Under the pieces are notes generated by a model. The model made no database searches. It was given only the letters and a program-made list of their open reading frames with translations, and was not told where the DNA came from. Below, piece after piece: positions 17,586 to 26,421 of a stretch of DNA of 64,000 bases. Origin of the DNA: Fibrobacter sp. (GTDB lineage Bacteria > Fibrobacterota > Fibrobacteria > Fibrobacterales > Fibrobacteraceae); contig JBGVAT010000051.1 of assembly GCA_045224895.1 (NCBI GenBank), positions 2,316 through 66,315 of the forward strand, read 5' to 3'. A program made the position numbers and the translations under genes. Position 1 is the first letter of the stretch; every line of letters starts with the position of its first letter.

Positions 17586-18545
17586 TCTTTTTTTTATTTT
17601 TTCATAAAAAAGAAAATGTATTCCGAATAAACGCCATAAATAAGGAGTTCCAAGCAGCTTTTTATTTAAATTTTTGAAAAAAACAGGATTGCATTGTTTT
17701 AGTAAATCGTCAATTTCTTTAAGTTGGGCGTCGTCTGTACAAAGGAAAAGCATTCGATAATAAAAGAATACTAATATATTTGTTGTTAAAAAAATAGCGA
17801 AGTCCGAAAATTGAGGAAATGAAGGAATCATTTTTTTTACGACTTTTGCTAAGTCTTTGTAATTTTTGGTTAGTTCCTTTGGGTCTATAGATTGCCCGTC
17901 TCTAGTAAGATCGTAGTTGTATAAAACCTCTTTTAAAAAAGTGATATGAGAGACGCTGCTTGCGGGGTATATTAAAAATTCAAAATCGGTAAAACACACT
18001 CCTTCAGTCATTTTTAAATGAGCTTTTTTTATAGTGTCTAATTTATAAATGATAGAGTGCATTATAAAATAATTGGAATCCTGAAGTTCCCAAATTTTTT
18101 TTTTGCGGATATCGTACGGGATTTCAAATTGTACTTTTTCTATATGGAATACTTTGCAGTAAGAACTGTAGTGCTTGCAGTAAGGGGTAACAATAGCTTC
18201 AGAATTGATTTTTTTGATTTTTTTCAATATTACTATTAATGAATCCGTATTGAACCAATCGTCTGCATCTAAAATTCTAAAATATTTCCCTGTTGCAACC
18301 TTTAACGCTGCGTTTATGCAGGATCCATAGTGTCCGTTAGGCTTATCGACAATATTTACAATATCAGGACGTTTGGTTGCATATTCCCGCATTATTGCTA
18401 GTGAGTTATCTGTGCTGCCGTCGTTGACGACGATAAGTTCCAAAGTGTCAGGAATATCGCTTCGCGTGACGGAATCTAAGCACCTACGCAAGTAGGCTTC
18501 CATATTGTAGGTGGGAATAACTACGGATAAAAGTTTTTCAGACAT
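17565..18545 (-). CDS. GT2-family glycosyltransferase
   Basis: LSVVIPTYNMEAYLRRCLDSV, VVNDGSTDNS and a RILDADD (DxD) motif. Its 3' end overlaps the convergent GT4 gene by 21 nt. Confidence 0.8.
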   Translation of the reverse strand: MSEKLLSVVIPTYNMEAYLRRCLDSVTRSDIPDTLELIVVNDGSTDNSLAIMREYATKRPDIVNIVDKPNGHYGSCINAALKVATGKYFRILDADDWFNTDSLIVILKKIKKINSEAIVTPYCKHYSSYCKVFHIEKVQFEIPYDIRKKKIWELQDSNYFIMHSIIYKLDTIKKAHLKMTEGVCFTDFEFLIYPASSVSHITFLKEVLYNYDLTRDGQSIDPKELTKNYKDLAKVVKKMIPSFPQFSDFAIFLTTNILVFFYYRMLFLCTDDAQLKEIDDLLKQCNPVFFKNLNKKLLGTPYLWRLFGIHFLFYEKIKKRLGIDRR

Positions 18546-19657
18546 TAAATTCCAAATTCCTGTTTAGCTACTGTCATCGCACGTTCAATCACATCATCCA
18601 TATCATAATACTTGTATTCTGCGAGGCGCCCTCCGAATATGATTTTAGACTGCGCGTCTGCGAGATTTTTATATTTGGTATAAATGGCTAAATTCTTGGA
18701 ATCGTTGACTGTATAAAAACGCTCTTTTCCGAGAGTCCAATTCTGAGGGTATTCTCGCGTGATGACTGTTTTGGGTTGCTTTCCGAATTCAAAATGTTTA
18801 TGTTCGATAATTCTGGTATAGGGTACATCCGCATCAATGTGGTTGATAACCGCATTCCCTTGATAATTATCACAATTAAGAAGTTCTGTTTCGAATCGCA
18901 GGGATCTGTATTCAAGTTGACCGAACTGAAATTCGAAGAGTTCATCAATTGGGCCTGTGTAGACGATTTTTTCAGCTATAGATTCTAGTTCGTTTTTTTT
19001 GGCAAAATAGTCCGTGTTGAGGCGAACTTCAATTCCGTCCAACATCTTTTCAACTATCTTGGTATAACCACCTATAGGAATGCCCTGATAGAGATCATTA
19101 AAATAATTGTTGTCGTATGTGAAACGGAGCGGAAGTCGTTTGATTATTGAAGTGGGGAGTTCGTCACACTTGCGCCCCCACTGTTTCTCTGTATATTCTT
19201 TGATAAGTGTTTCGTAAATATCGGTTCCGACAAGGCTTAAAGCTTGTTCTTCAAGATTAGCAGGTTCTCGGCCATTAAGCCTTGCTAATATTTTGGTCCT
19301 TTGCTCATCTATTTTCTTATTTGCTGCATCGGGTGTTGCCGTTCCCCATATCTGGTTAAATGTGTTCATATTAAACGGCAAATTATAATAGCGCCCTTTT
19401 GATTTAGCTATAGGTGAGTTGGTATAACGGTTAAAGTCAACAAAGGAATTGACAAAATTCCAGACCTGTTTGTTGGAGGTGTGGAAAATGTGAGCTCCAT
19501 ATTTGTGAACATTGATTCCTTCAATGTTTTCTGTATAGCAATTGCCTGCGATGTGTGGACGTTTGTCAATGACAAGAACCGACTTGCCTGCTTTCTTTGC
19601 TAGATTAGCAAATGTTGCTCCGAAAAGACCTGAACCGATGATTAGATAATGGAACAT
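18545..19657 (-). CDS. glf: UDP-galactopyranose mutase
   Basis: FAD-binding IIGSGLFGATFANLAKKAGKSVLVIDKRPHIAGNCYTE...GINVHKYGAHIFHT and a C-terminal GRLAEYKYYDMDDVI. SD gagga precedes the ATG at 19657. Confidence 0.9.
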   Translation of the reverse strand: MFHYLIIGSGLFGATFANLAKKAGKSVLVIDKRPHIAGNCYTENIEGINVHKYGAHIFHTSNKQVWNFVNSFVDFNRYTNSPIAKSKGRYYNLPFNMNTFNQIWGTATPDAANKKIDEQRTKILARLNGREPANLEEQALSLVGTDIYETLIKEYTEKQWGRKCDELPTSIIKRLPLRFTYDNNYFNDLYQGIPIGGYTKIVEKMLDGIEVRLNTDYFAKKNELESIAEKIVYTGPIDELFEFQFGQLEYRSLRFETELLNCDNYQGNAVINHIDADVPYTRIIEHKHFEFGKQPKTVITREYPQNWTLGKERFYTVNDSKNLAIYTKYKNLADAQSKIIFGGRLAEYKYYDMDDVIERAMTVAKQEFGI

Positions 19658-19679
19658 AAGGTAATCCTCTTGACACAAG

Positions 19680-21500
19680 CTATTCTTTTAATTTTAAATA
19701 GTGTTCCCAAAATTCCATAGAAGTTAATTCAGGTACAGCCGCACGAAATCCTTTTCTAACCGAATTCCACTTCCAAATGATTAGCACTTGCAAGATGAAC
19801 ATATCAACAAGAGCTTTAATTGCCTTTGCTAGCGATTTTTTTAAACGAACGCCTTCTTCTATATTTTCACTGTACTTCCAAACAATGTGATTATGTCCCC
19901 AAAAAGACTGGAAACACAAATTGTTTATGCAAATTGGCGATGTTTTTCCCAAAGGAATAAAGCTATTTATAATTGAAAAGATCAATAAAACTTTTTGAGA
20001 AAAAGAAAAATTTTCCATTTTTTTGTAAATTTCTTTTATTTTCTTTTCTGAAAGAAAATTCATTCGCAATCCATTACATTTAACCTTTTCTATGTTGGCG
20101 ATTGTAGCAAGTGATTCGTGTAACTGAGGTGGATTTATTTGTTGAAATGCGTTTGCGCCTTTACATAAATCCTTTATAGCGAGGACAAACATTTTCCAGT
20201 CAATGTACATATAGCGATTTGTAAAGGCTATAAAATGAAATAAGGTGTATTGTATCAAGTTGAAGCGAGATGTACTTGTTAATGGATCTCTTATAATTGA
20301 TGTTAAAAGTCTATTTCGTGTGTCATAATAGACTAGAATAGGAGAATATTTGTTTTGAAAAGAATGCCATACAACGATTCCGTTGAATAAAATAATTTCT
20401 TCATTCAGCCTGCAACCATATTCTATATCGTCAAAATGGATAAAGAACGGCAGAGGGAGATTGTTGCTTGTTATATGATTAAATGGAATGCAACAATACC
20501 ACCATGCATTGTAATTTGGCGTAATTGTGTTTGATAGCTCATTATGGACAACAGAATGGAAATTAGAAAGATTTACATCTTTATTGTTTTGTAAAAGAGC
20601 TGGCTTGCTGAGATTCTGTTGACGTTTTGCGCCAAATTCTAATTGTTCGGAGGGCTCTTCTAATTTTAACATTGCCCCGCCTATTATTTTATTAAGGTGT
20701 CTTTTTTTCAGAAATAAAAGAATTTTGTATGTTCTCAATAGAATTGCTGGATCTAAGACAATATCGTCATCCATTAATAGTAAATGAGTTAAATTCAGCG
20801 TCTCCTTCGCTTTTATTGCCTCAATCATACATCTGGCAAATCCGCCTGAACCACCGGCATTAATGTTGGAAACAATTTGGACTTTTGGGTGTGTATAATC
20901 GAAGTTTTGAAGAGTTTGCCCATTGTCAGAAACTATAATTTCAAGATTGTCGTGTAGTTCTGATTGTGGATTGTCAAGTATAGTTTCTTGAATTGCCTTT
21001 AGATTTTTTAAGATAAAGTGTTCTCTTTTATATGTGCAAATGCCTATACCGATTCTGACTTTATTTGTTTGGTCGGCATCCATTTCAGTGCCATAATATC
21101 CACTGATTATTTGACAAGGATTTTCGTCAGAAGATATTACGAAATAGCATATTCCGTGAAGTGTGTTTGTTTCAGGAAACAATATTGTTATGGTTTCTTC
21201 TTGATTGTCTTTTTTTCTTGATGTGAGCAGTCTAGTCTGTACGCTTTCATTAACTAAAGTTGCTTCGTACAAAGCTATATTGCATTTTCCCTTAATATGT
21301 AAACGTAAGTATAGATTGTCTATAAAGGTGTATTTTTTCCATTTTTCAAGAGAAAAACTATTGAAGTAGGTGTCAAAGGAAATAACTTTGTGTGATTCTA
21401 AAAGGAATCCGTCCCCAAATTGGATTGATGGGTTTCTGTAATATAATTCAGTTTCTTTACAGATGTCTTCTTTAGGAAAAAGGATTTGCTGAAGAATCAT
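19680..21500 (-). CDS. Large GT-A glycosyltransferase, GlfT2/WbbM-like (putative galactofuranosyltransferase)
   Basis: 606 aa with a beta-rich N-terminus, then IGIGICTYKRE...LLLMDDDI...FDDIEYGCR. It sits immediately upstream of glf in the same operon. The functional call is by context and layout. Confidence 0.55.
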   Translation of the reverse strand: MILQQILFPKEDICKETELYYRNPSIQFGDGFLLESHKVISFDTYFNSFSLEKWKKYTFIDNLYLRLHIKGKCNIALYEATLVNESVQTRLLTSRKKDNQEETITILFPETNTLHGICYFVISSDENPCQIISGYYGTEMDADQTNKVRIGIGICTYKREHFILKNLKAIQETILDNPQSELHDNLEIIVSDNGQTLQNFDYTHPKVQIVSNINAGGSGGFARCMIEAIKAKETLNLTHLLLMDDDIVLDPAILLRTYKILLFLKKRHLNKIIGGAMLKLEEPSEQLEFGAKRQQNLSKPALLQNNKDVNLSNFHSVVHNELSNTITPNYNAWWYCCIPFNHITSNNLPLPFFIHFDDIEYGCRLNEEIILFNGIVVWHSFQNKYSPILVYYDTRNRLLTSIIRDPLTSTSRFNLIQYTLFHFIAFTNRYMYIDWKMFVLAIKDLCKGANAFQQINPPQLHESLATIANIEKVKCNGLRMNFLSEKKIKEIYKKMENFSFSQKVLLIFSIINSFIPLGKTSPICINNLCFQSFWGHNHIVWKYSENIEEGVRLKKSLAKAIKALVDMFILQVLIIWKWNSVRKGFRAAVPELTSMEFWEHYLKLKE

Positions 21501-21542
21501 ATAATGCCTTTGATTACGATAGCTTCTTTTTTGGGGGCTTTT

Positions 21543-21956
21543 TTAGTAGATAAGATTCAGTTTTTCTTTTAGAATAGAAGAGGATATTCCATCAGTATGG
21601 TCGAGGTATATGATGTCCACGTGCTTGTCTTTGAAGTCAATTTCGTATTGTTTCCAAGCATCTGTTCCTTTCCAATCTGAACCAACAAACATTTTGTTGA
21701 ATTTTAGCTTTTGCCATGCTTCAAGTTTGTTTTTATTTACTTGTGGTACGATTTTGTCTACATATTTAATGGATTGTACAATGGAGCATCTGTCCGAAAA
21801 TGAGATTATTGGATAATGTTTTTTTTCCTTGAATACAAGTTCGTCGGTACTTATTCCAACAATGAGAAAATCGCATAGGGCTTTTGATCTCTGAATAATG
21901 TTGAGATGTCCTATATGAAATAGATCAAAGACTCCAGTTGTGTAACCGATAATCAT
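21543..21956 (-). CDS. Glycerol-3-phosphate cytidylyltransferase-like (TagD family)
   Basis: GYTTGVFDLFHIGHLNIIQRSK (HxGH) and GSDWKG...GISSSILKEK, colinear with B. subtilis TagD. Confidence 0.85.
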   Translation of the reverse strand: MIIGYTTGVFDLFHIGHLNIIQRSKALCDFLIVGISTDELVFKEKKHYPIISFSDRCSIVQSIKYVDKIVPQVNKNKLEAWQKLKFNKMFVGSDWKGTDAWKQYEIDFKDKHVDIIYLDHTDGISSSILKEKLNLIY

Positions 21957-22885
21957 TATTTCTCCAAGAACACTTTATAGTTTGTTTCTGTGTCAAAAAT
22001 TACACCACCATGAGTAGATGTGCCAATTTTGTATTCACGCCAATTCTTCCCGTAAAAAGTATTTAAAATATATTCGTAATTATGTGGTAACGGGATTGAA
22101 AACATTTCAAAATCCTTATATACGGGGTCACCATCAAAAGCAGAACGCTCCCAAATACGTCGTTCTTGAAATGGCCAACAAAAAAATTTTGCAACTCTAT
22201 GGGTTTTCTGTGTGTTGTATATTTGCATTATTTTTTCAAATTTTTTATATAACCGATGTGCGTGATTTTCCCATTTGAGGATGTTATGTCGAAAAAGAAA
22301 ATGAAGAAAAGAGACTTTTAAATTTTTGCTTTCTTGCGGAAAGTTTTCATAAGCTTTTATTTTCCAATAATTAATGGCCTCTCTTTTTTGAAATAGTTTA
22401 TTCTTCATTATTGTGAATTCATTTTCATCATCGGGAATGGAATCTATTGGAAATATGTCTAAAAAAATCCCTTGATTAAATTTGCATCTTTGGGCTAGTT
22501 CGTTTTTTAATATGCCTGTAGTAAGGCTGTTTCTTAGTTGTGCGTGCCCACGTAGAGAACCTGGATCGGTGTATTCTGTTTGAAAAAAATAGGGGGAGTG
22601 AAATTCTTTTTTTGCAATTTTGCACAGTTTTTGATATTGGTCCCGAAACATCATTATGTCAATATCGTCATCCCAGGGGATAAACCCTTTGTGACGAACT
22701 GCGCCTAAAATTGTTCCTCCATCGGCATAATATCTTATGTTGTGCTTTTCGCAAACATTCATAAACTGCTTTAACAAATCAAGTTCAACAGCCCAAATTT
22801 TTTTCATATCACGGGATACTGTGTATCCGTTGCGAATTTCTTCTTCTAAAAAGTTTTTAGGTAAATCTAATTTTATAGGGAGCAT
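21956..22885 (-). CDS. LicD-family phosphotransferase
   Basis: YYADGGTILGAVRHKGFIPWDDDIDIMM is the LicD signature. The stop overlaps the TagD-like start. Confidence 0.8.
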   Translation of the reverse strand: MLPIKLDLPKNFLEEEIRNGYTVSRDMKKIWAVELDLLKQFMNVCEKHNIRYYADGGTILGAVRHKGFIPWDDDIDIMMFRDQYQKLCKIAKKEFHSPYFFQTEYTDPGSLRGHAQLRNSLTTGILKNELAQRCKFNQGIFLDIFPIDSIPDDENEFTIMKNKLFQKREAINYWKIKAYENFPQESKNLKVSFLHFLFRHNILKWENHAHRLYKKFEKIMQIYNTQKTHRVAKFFCWPFQERRIWERSAFDGDPVYKDFEMFSIPLPHNYEYILNTFYGKNWREYKIGTSTHGGVIFDTETNYKVFLEK

Positions 22886-22886
22886 T

Positions 22887-24188
22887 TCAAATTTCCATTA
22901 ATTCTACTGAGACGTCACGCATGCAGCTGTTTCCATAATTTGGAATCCAGTTGCCAAATGGTTTTGTGTGTGCTTCATCGACATAATTAACCTCAAATGC
23001 CAAAACTTTTGCTATTTGGTCGTATTCAGATCCATAATTAATATAATTGAAATCAGAAAGTTTGAGGTCGATAGTGTAGATACCCTTTGCTAAATTATGG
23101 TGCGGAATACGGACCATAACATCAAATATTTCTTTTTCTTGAGGTGCTTCTACGGGATCTGTATAACAACATGCGACACGTTGTCCGCTTTGATTGGCTA
23201 TAAAAATACCTACCTGAAAAGTTCTTTGTTTCCAATCGTTGTGCTTTATCTTTAGTTGCAATTTAATAGGCTCTTCAGTGGCCATGTTCTCCGTATCATT
23301 TAGCATAGCCACTTCGACATAATCAAACCTGTGCTTGTTGATTTGCTGGCCGACACGAAAAGAGTCGTCAATAATTTTATGGGAACAAGCTTCAGTTTTT
23401 ACACCTTCCGAATATCGAGTGATGGCTTCTTCAACACTTCCCTTAAATGACAGATTCCCATTTTGAAGGACGATTCCCTTTTTGCACAATGTACGAACAG
23501 CGGCCATATTGTGGCTCACGAACAGCACCGTTCTACCTTCGCCGCGGCTTACATCCTGCATCTTGCCGATGGCTTTCTTCTGGAATTCGGCGTCGCCCAC
23601 GGCAAGCACTTCATCGACCACGAGAATTTCGGGTTCCAGATGTGCTGCGATGGCGAATCCGAGGCGTACTGTCATGCCGCTGCTGTAGCGTTTCACGGGG
23701 GTGTCCAGGTAGCGTTCGCAGCCGCTAAAATCCACGATCTCGTCTAGCTTGCGGGTAATCTCGGCGCGGCTCATGCCCATGATGGCGCCGTTCATGTAGA
23801 TGTTCTCGCGACCGGTCATTTCGGGGTGGAATCCGGTGCCTACTTCGAGGAGGCTCGCGATGCGGCCCCGTGCGCGGATGGTGCCGGTGGTGGGGGCGGT
23901 CACTCGGCTGAGGAGTTTGAGGAGCGTACTTTTGCCAGCTCCGTTCCTGCCGATGATGCCTACGACATCGCCTTGTTCCACCTTGAAGTTGATGTCCTTC
24001 AGGGCCCACACGTATTCGCTGTCGCCCTTGTGCGCGCGATCGTTGACTTCGCCTACTTTGAGATAGGGGTCTTCGCGGCGCAACACTTTTGTCTGCCAAA
24101 ATCTGTTCAAATCGTGGCTGAGCGTCCCTGTGCTCACTAGCCCCAGTCGATATTGCTTGCTGATATTCTCAAATTCAATCGCGGTCAT
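22887..24188 (-). CDS. Polysaccharide/teichoic-acid ABC exporter ATP-binding protein (Wzt/TagH type) with extra C-terminal domain
   Basis: Walker A GRNGAGKST, signature YSSGMTVRL, Walker B ILVVDE. There is an additional ~170-aa beta-rich C-terminal domain, as in Wzt. Confidence 0.9.
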   Translation of the reverse strand: MTAIEFENISKQYRLGLVSTGTLSHDLNRFWQTKVLRREDPYLKVGEVNDRAHKGDSEYVWALKDINFKVEQGDVVGIIGRNGAGKSTLLKLLSRVTAPTTGTIRARGRIASLLEVGTGFHPEMTGRENIYMNGAIMGMSRAEITRKLDEIVDFSGCERYLDTPVKRYSSGMTVRLGFAIAAHLEPEILVVDEVLAVGDAEFQKKAIGKMQDVSRGEGRTVLFVSHNMAAVRTLCKKGIVLQNGNLSFKGSVEEAITRYSEGVKTEACSHKIIDDSFRVGQQINKHRFDYVEVAMLNDTENMATEEPIKLQLKIKHNDWKQRTFQVGIFIANQSGQRVACCYTDPVEAPQEKEIFDVMVRIPHHNLAKGIYTIDLKLSDFNYINYGSEYDQIAKVLAFEVNYVDEAHTKPFGNWIPNYGNSCMRDVSVELMEI

Positions 24189-24194
24189 GATATG

Positions 24195-24311
24195 CTAAGG
24201 AACCCAATTAGGACAGTGTTCTGCTTTAAAAATGCATTTCCCAGATTCAAAACGGGCTACATGTTGTTTCCCGGTTCCGTTGCATCCGGCGAATAAAATA
24301 TAGCGTTTCAT
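24195..24311 (-). pseudogene. 38-codon stub resembling the N-terminus of a P-loop (zeta-toxin/AAA-like) protein
   Basis: MKRYILFAGCNGTGKQ... (GxxGxGK then divergence). Its ATG directly abuts the stop of the upstream small ORF (TAGATG). It is not in the ORF track (<60 aa). Confidence 0.3.
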
Positions 24312-24491
24312 CTAGAACAGGTTCTCTTCGATAACTTTTTTCTGCTTTTGCTTCAGGATAAGATCTGTTACTATGCGGAAAAAATCGGCTTCTTCTTGGT
24401 TTTTAGCCGATGAGATAATGTCAAAGGATTCGTCAAAATTGATTTTTTGACATTGTGTGTAGAGTTGATGTAGTGCTTCTTTGTTTGACAT
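24312..24491 (-). CDS. Small acidic helical protein (possible antitoxin-like partner of the stub)
   Basis: 59 aa from MSNKEAL, with SD aaagagg upstream. No family recognised. Confidence 0.4.
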   Translation of the reverse strand: MSNKEALHQLYTQCQKINFDESFDIISSAKNQEEADFFRIVTDLILKQKQKKVIEENLF

Positions 24492-24570
24492 AGAGACCTC
24501 TTTCAATAATATAGATTAAAAGAAATCTAATGGCGAATTTTTGTGGGTGATATGGTCTAATTTGACCTAT

Positions 24571-25440
24571 TTACACCGTATCCATAAACGTGCGCTGGAT
24601 TTTGTTGAATACGATAATTCCGAGTGCTAGGATGAATGCGGCAAAGCCCGCAGTGTAGCCGAGTGCTGCCCAGCTGAATTCTCCGACGCCGAGCATGCCG
24701 AACTTGAATGTTTCCATGATGCTGGTGAGCGGGTTTGCCTGCATGAGCATTTTGAGGCGAGGGTCTTCGATGGTGCTGAGCGGGTAAATCACTGGGGTTG
24801 CGTACATCCAAAGCTGAACGATAAACGTGAGCAAAAATGTGAGGTCGCGGTATTTGGTGGTAAGGCTGCTGAACAGTACGCCGAAACCGAGCGCTAGGGC
24901 TGCAATAAGGAGGATGAGTACAGGCGTAAGCAACAGGTAAATGTTCGGGTGTACGGGAGCGTTTGTGAAGATAAGGTAATAAGCAAAGACAATCAGGAAT
25001 AGCCCCATTTGAATGCTGAGGCGCACGAGGTTACTTGTGACGGTTGCGAGTGGCACGACGAGTCGCGGAAAGTACACCTTGCCGAACATATTCGCGTTTT
25101 CGATGAACGTTTTGCTTGTTTGGTTCAGACATTCCGAAAAGTAGGTCCAGAGGCAAATTCCTGCGAGATAGAATAGCGGTTGCGGGAGTCCGTCTGTGCT
25201 GATTTTGGCGATGCCGCCGAACACGACCATGAACATGATTGTGGTCATAATGGGCTGGATAAAGAACCACAGCGGTCCGAGAATGGTCTGTTTGTACCAG
25301 GTAACGATATCACGTTTCACGAACATTCGGTAAAGATCGCGATACTGCCAAAGTTCCTTGAAGTCTACTTCGAGGAGGCTTGCCTTGGGCTTGATGACTG
25401 TAGTCCATTCGCTAGATTGTGTTGCTTGTTCTTGGGGCAT
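24571..25440 (-). CDS. ABC-2 type polysaccharide exporter permease (Wzm/TagG type)
   Basis: DFKELWQYRDLYRMFVKRDIVTWYKQTILGPLWFFIQP plus 6 TM helices. Start MPQEQ at 25440 is preferred. Confidence 0.85.
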   Translation of the reverse strand: MPQEQATQSSEWTTVIKPKASLLEVDFKELWQYRDLYRMFVKRDIVTWYKQTILGPLWFFIQPIMTTIMFMVVFGGIAKISTDGLPQPLFYLAGICLWTYFSECLNQTSKTFIENANMFGKVYFPRLVVPLATVTSNLVRLSIQMGLFLIVFAYYLIFTNAPVHPNIYLLLTPVLILLIAALALGFGVLFSSLTTKYRDLTFLLTFIVQLWMYATPVIYPLSTIEDPRLKMLMQANPLTSIMETFKFGMLGVGEFSWAALGYTAGFAAFILALGIIVFNKIQRTFMDTV

Positions 25441-25510
25441 TCTGCTATTTTGGTTTCTCGGTAGGTATGCGTGCAATATAGATTATTCTGCCATATGCTT
25501 AAGGCTAAAG

Positions 25511-25526
25511 ATGGCGAATTCGCCAT
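25511..25526. promoter_or_regulatory. 16-bp perfect palindrome atggcgaattcgccat upstream of the permease gene
   Basis: Perfect dyad ~70 bp upstream of ATG 25440. A 10-nt half-plus copy (atggcgaatt) lies at 24530-24539. Confidence 0.4.
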
Positions 25527-25560
25527 AATTATAAATCAGCTAAGCCCTTTTTCCTGATTC

Positions 25561-25592
25561 AAACCCCTCGAAATCGAGGGGTTTGGTTTTAT
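25561..25592 (+). terminator. Orphan terminator-like hairpin (plus orientation) with no upstream plus-strand gene
   Basis: aaacccctcg-aaat-cgaggggttt (10-bp stem) followed by ggttttatt. Confidence 0.45.
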
Positions 25593-25643
25593 TGAAAAGT
25601 GTAAAAAAACGCTTTAAATTTGTTTTTATATATTTTATTAACG

Positions 25644-25865
25644 ATGGACGAAAAATCGCAAATCATCTATATGCAGACTAGGCTTACACGTCTTGCGGCG
25701 GAAAGGTGGAAAATGTCGATTCCGCAGGTTGCAACCCTTTTTGAAGAAAAGGGGGTGTATCATTATATCGCGAAGATGTGGGATTTGTTCCATGTAGAGG
25801 GTGATTTAGCTGTACTTGACGATGTAAAGCAGTATCTTGACGCGAAGGGGGCTATCTGTGGTTGA
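25644..25865 (+). CDS. DUF3791-like small helical protein
   Basis: MDEKSQIIYMQTRLTRLAAERWKMSIPQVATLFEEKGVYHYIAKMWDLFHVEGDLAVLDDVKQYL. This pattern is recognised from DUF3791 family members. Confidence 0.65.
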   Translation: MDEKSQIIYMQTRLTRLAAERWKMSIPQVATLFEEKGVYHYIAKMWDLFHVEGDLAVLDDVKQYLDAKGAICG

Positions 25866-26421
25866 TATCTTGAAAGATGGAGACATCCTTTACCATGGTA
25901 GCTTTTGCGAAGTACAAACTCCTGATTTACAGAAGTGCGCTCGTTATAAGGATTTTGGTCAAGGCTTTTACCTGACAACTGACAAGAAACAGGCCGAATC
26001 CTTTGCTAAAATTTCTACGCAGAAGGCTATAGAAAATGGCGTTGTCGCAAATCAAAGATTTGGCGTTGTCTCTGCTTTTCGGTATAATGTAGGCGTCAGT
26101 CTTAATATCAAAATTTATGAGACTGCTGAATCATCTTGGCTTCATTGTGTAGTTGCTCATCGAAAGAAAAACGTTTTCGCCGATGTTCTGGAAGATTGCT
26201 CAAAATATGATGTTATTGGTGGCAAGATTGCAAATGATGCAACCAATAGTACGATTGTGACTTATATGGCGAATGCGTTTGGCGAGATTGGCTCTGCCTC
26301 TGCAGATGATATTTGCATTCGGCTGTTACTTCCGGAGCGATTAAAGAATCAGTATTGCTTCAAGTCTAATGCCGCATTGAACCAGCTGTTGTTTATGGGG
26401 AGTGATCGTGTATGGATGTAA
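25858..26421 (+). CDS. DUF3990-like protein (possible ADP-ribosyltransferase-fold)
   Basis: ILYHGS...KDFGQGFYLTTDKKQAESFA is typical of DUF3990. The GTG 25858 / TTG 25837 start overlaps the upstream stop, and there is a 10-nt overlap with the downstream gene. Confidence 0.65.
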   Translation: MVDILKDGDILYHGSFCEVQTPDLQKCARYKDFGQGFYLTTDKKQAESFAKISTQKAIENGVVANQRFGVVSAFRYNVGVSLNIKIYETAESSWLHCVVAHRKKNVFADVLEDCSKYDVIGGKIANDATNSTIVTYMANAFGEIGSASADDICIRLLLPERLKNQYCFKSNAALNQLLFMGSDRVWM

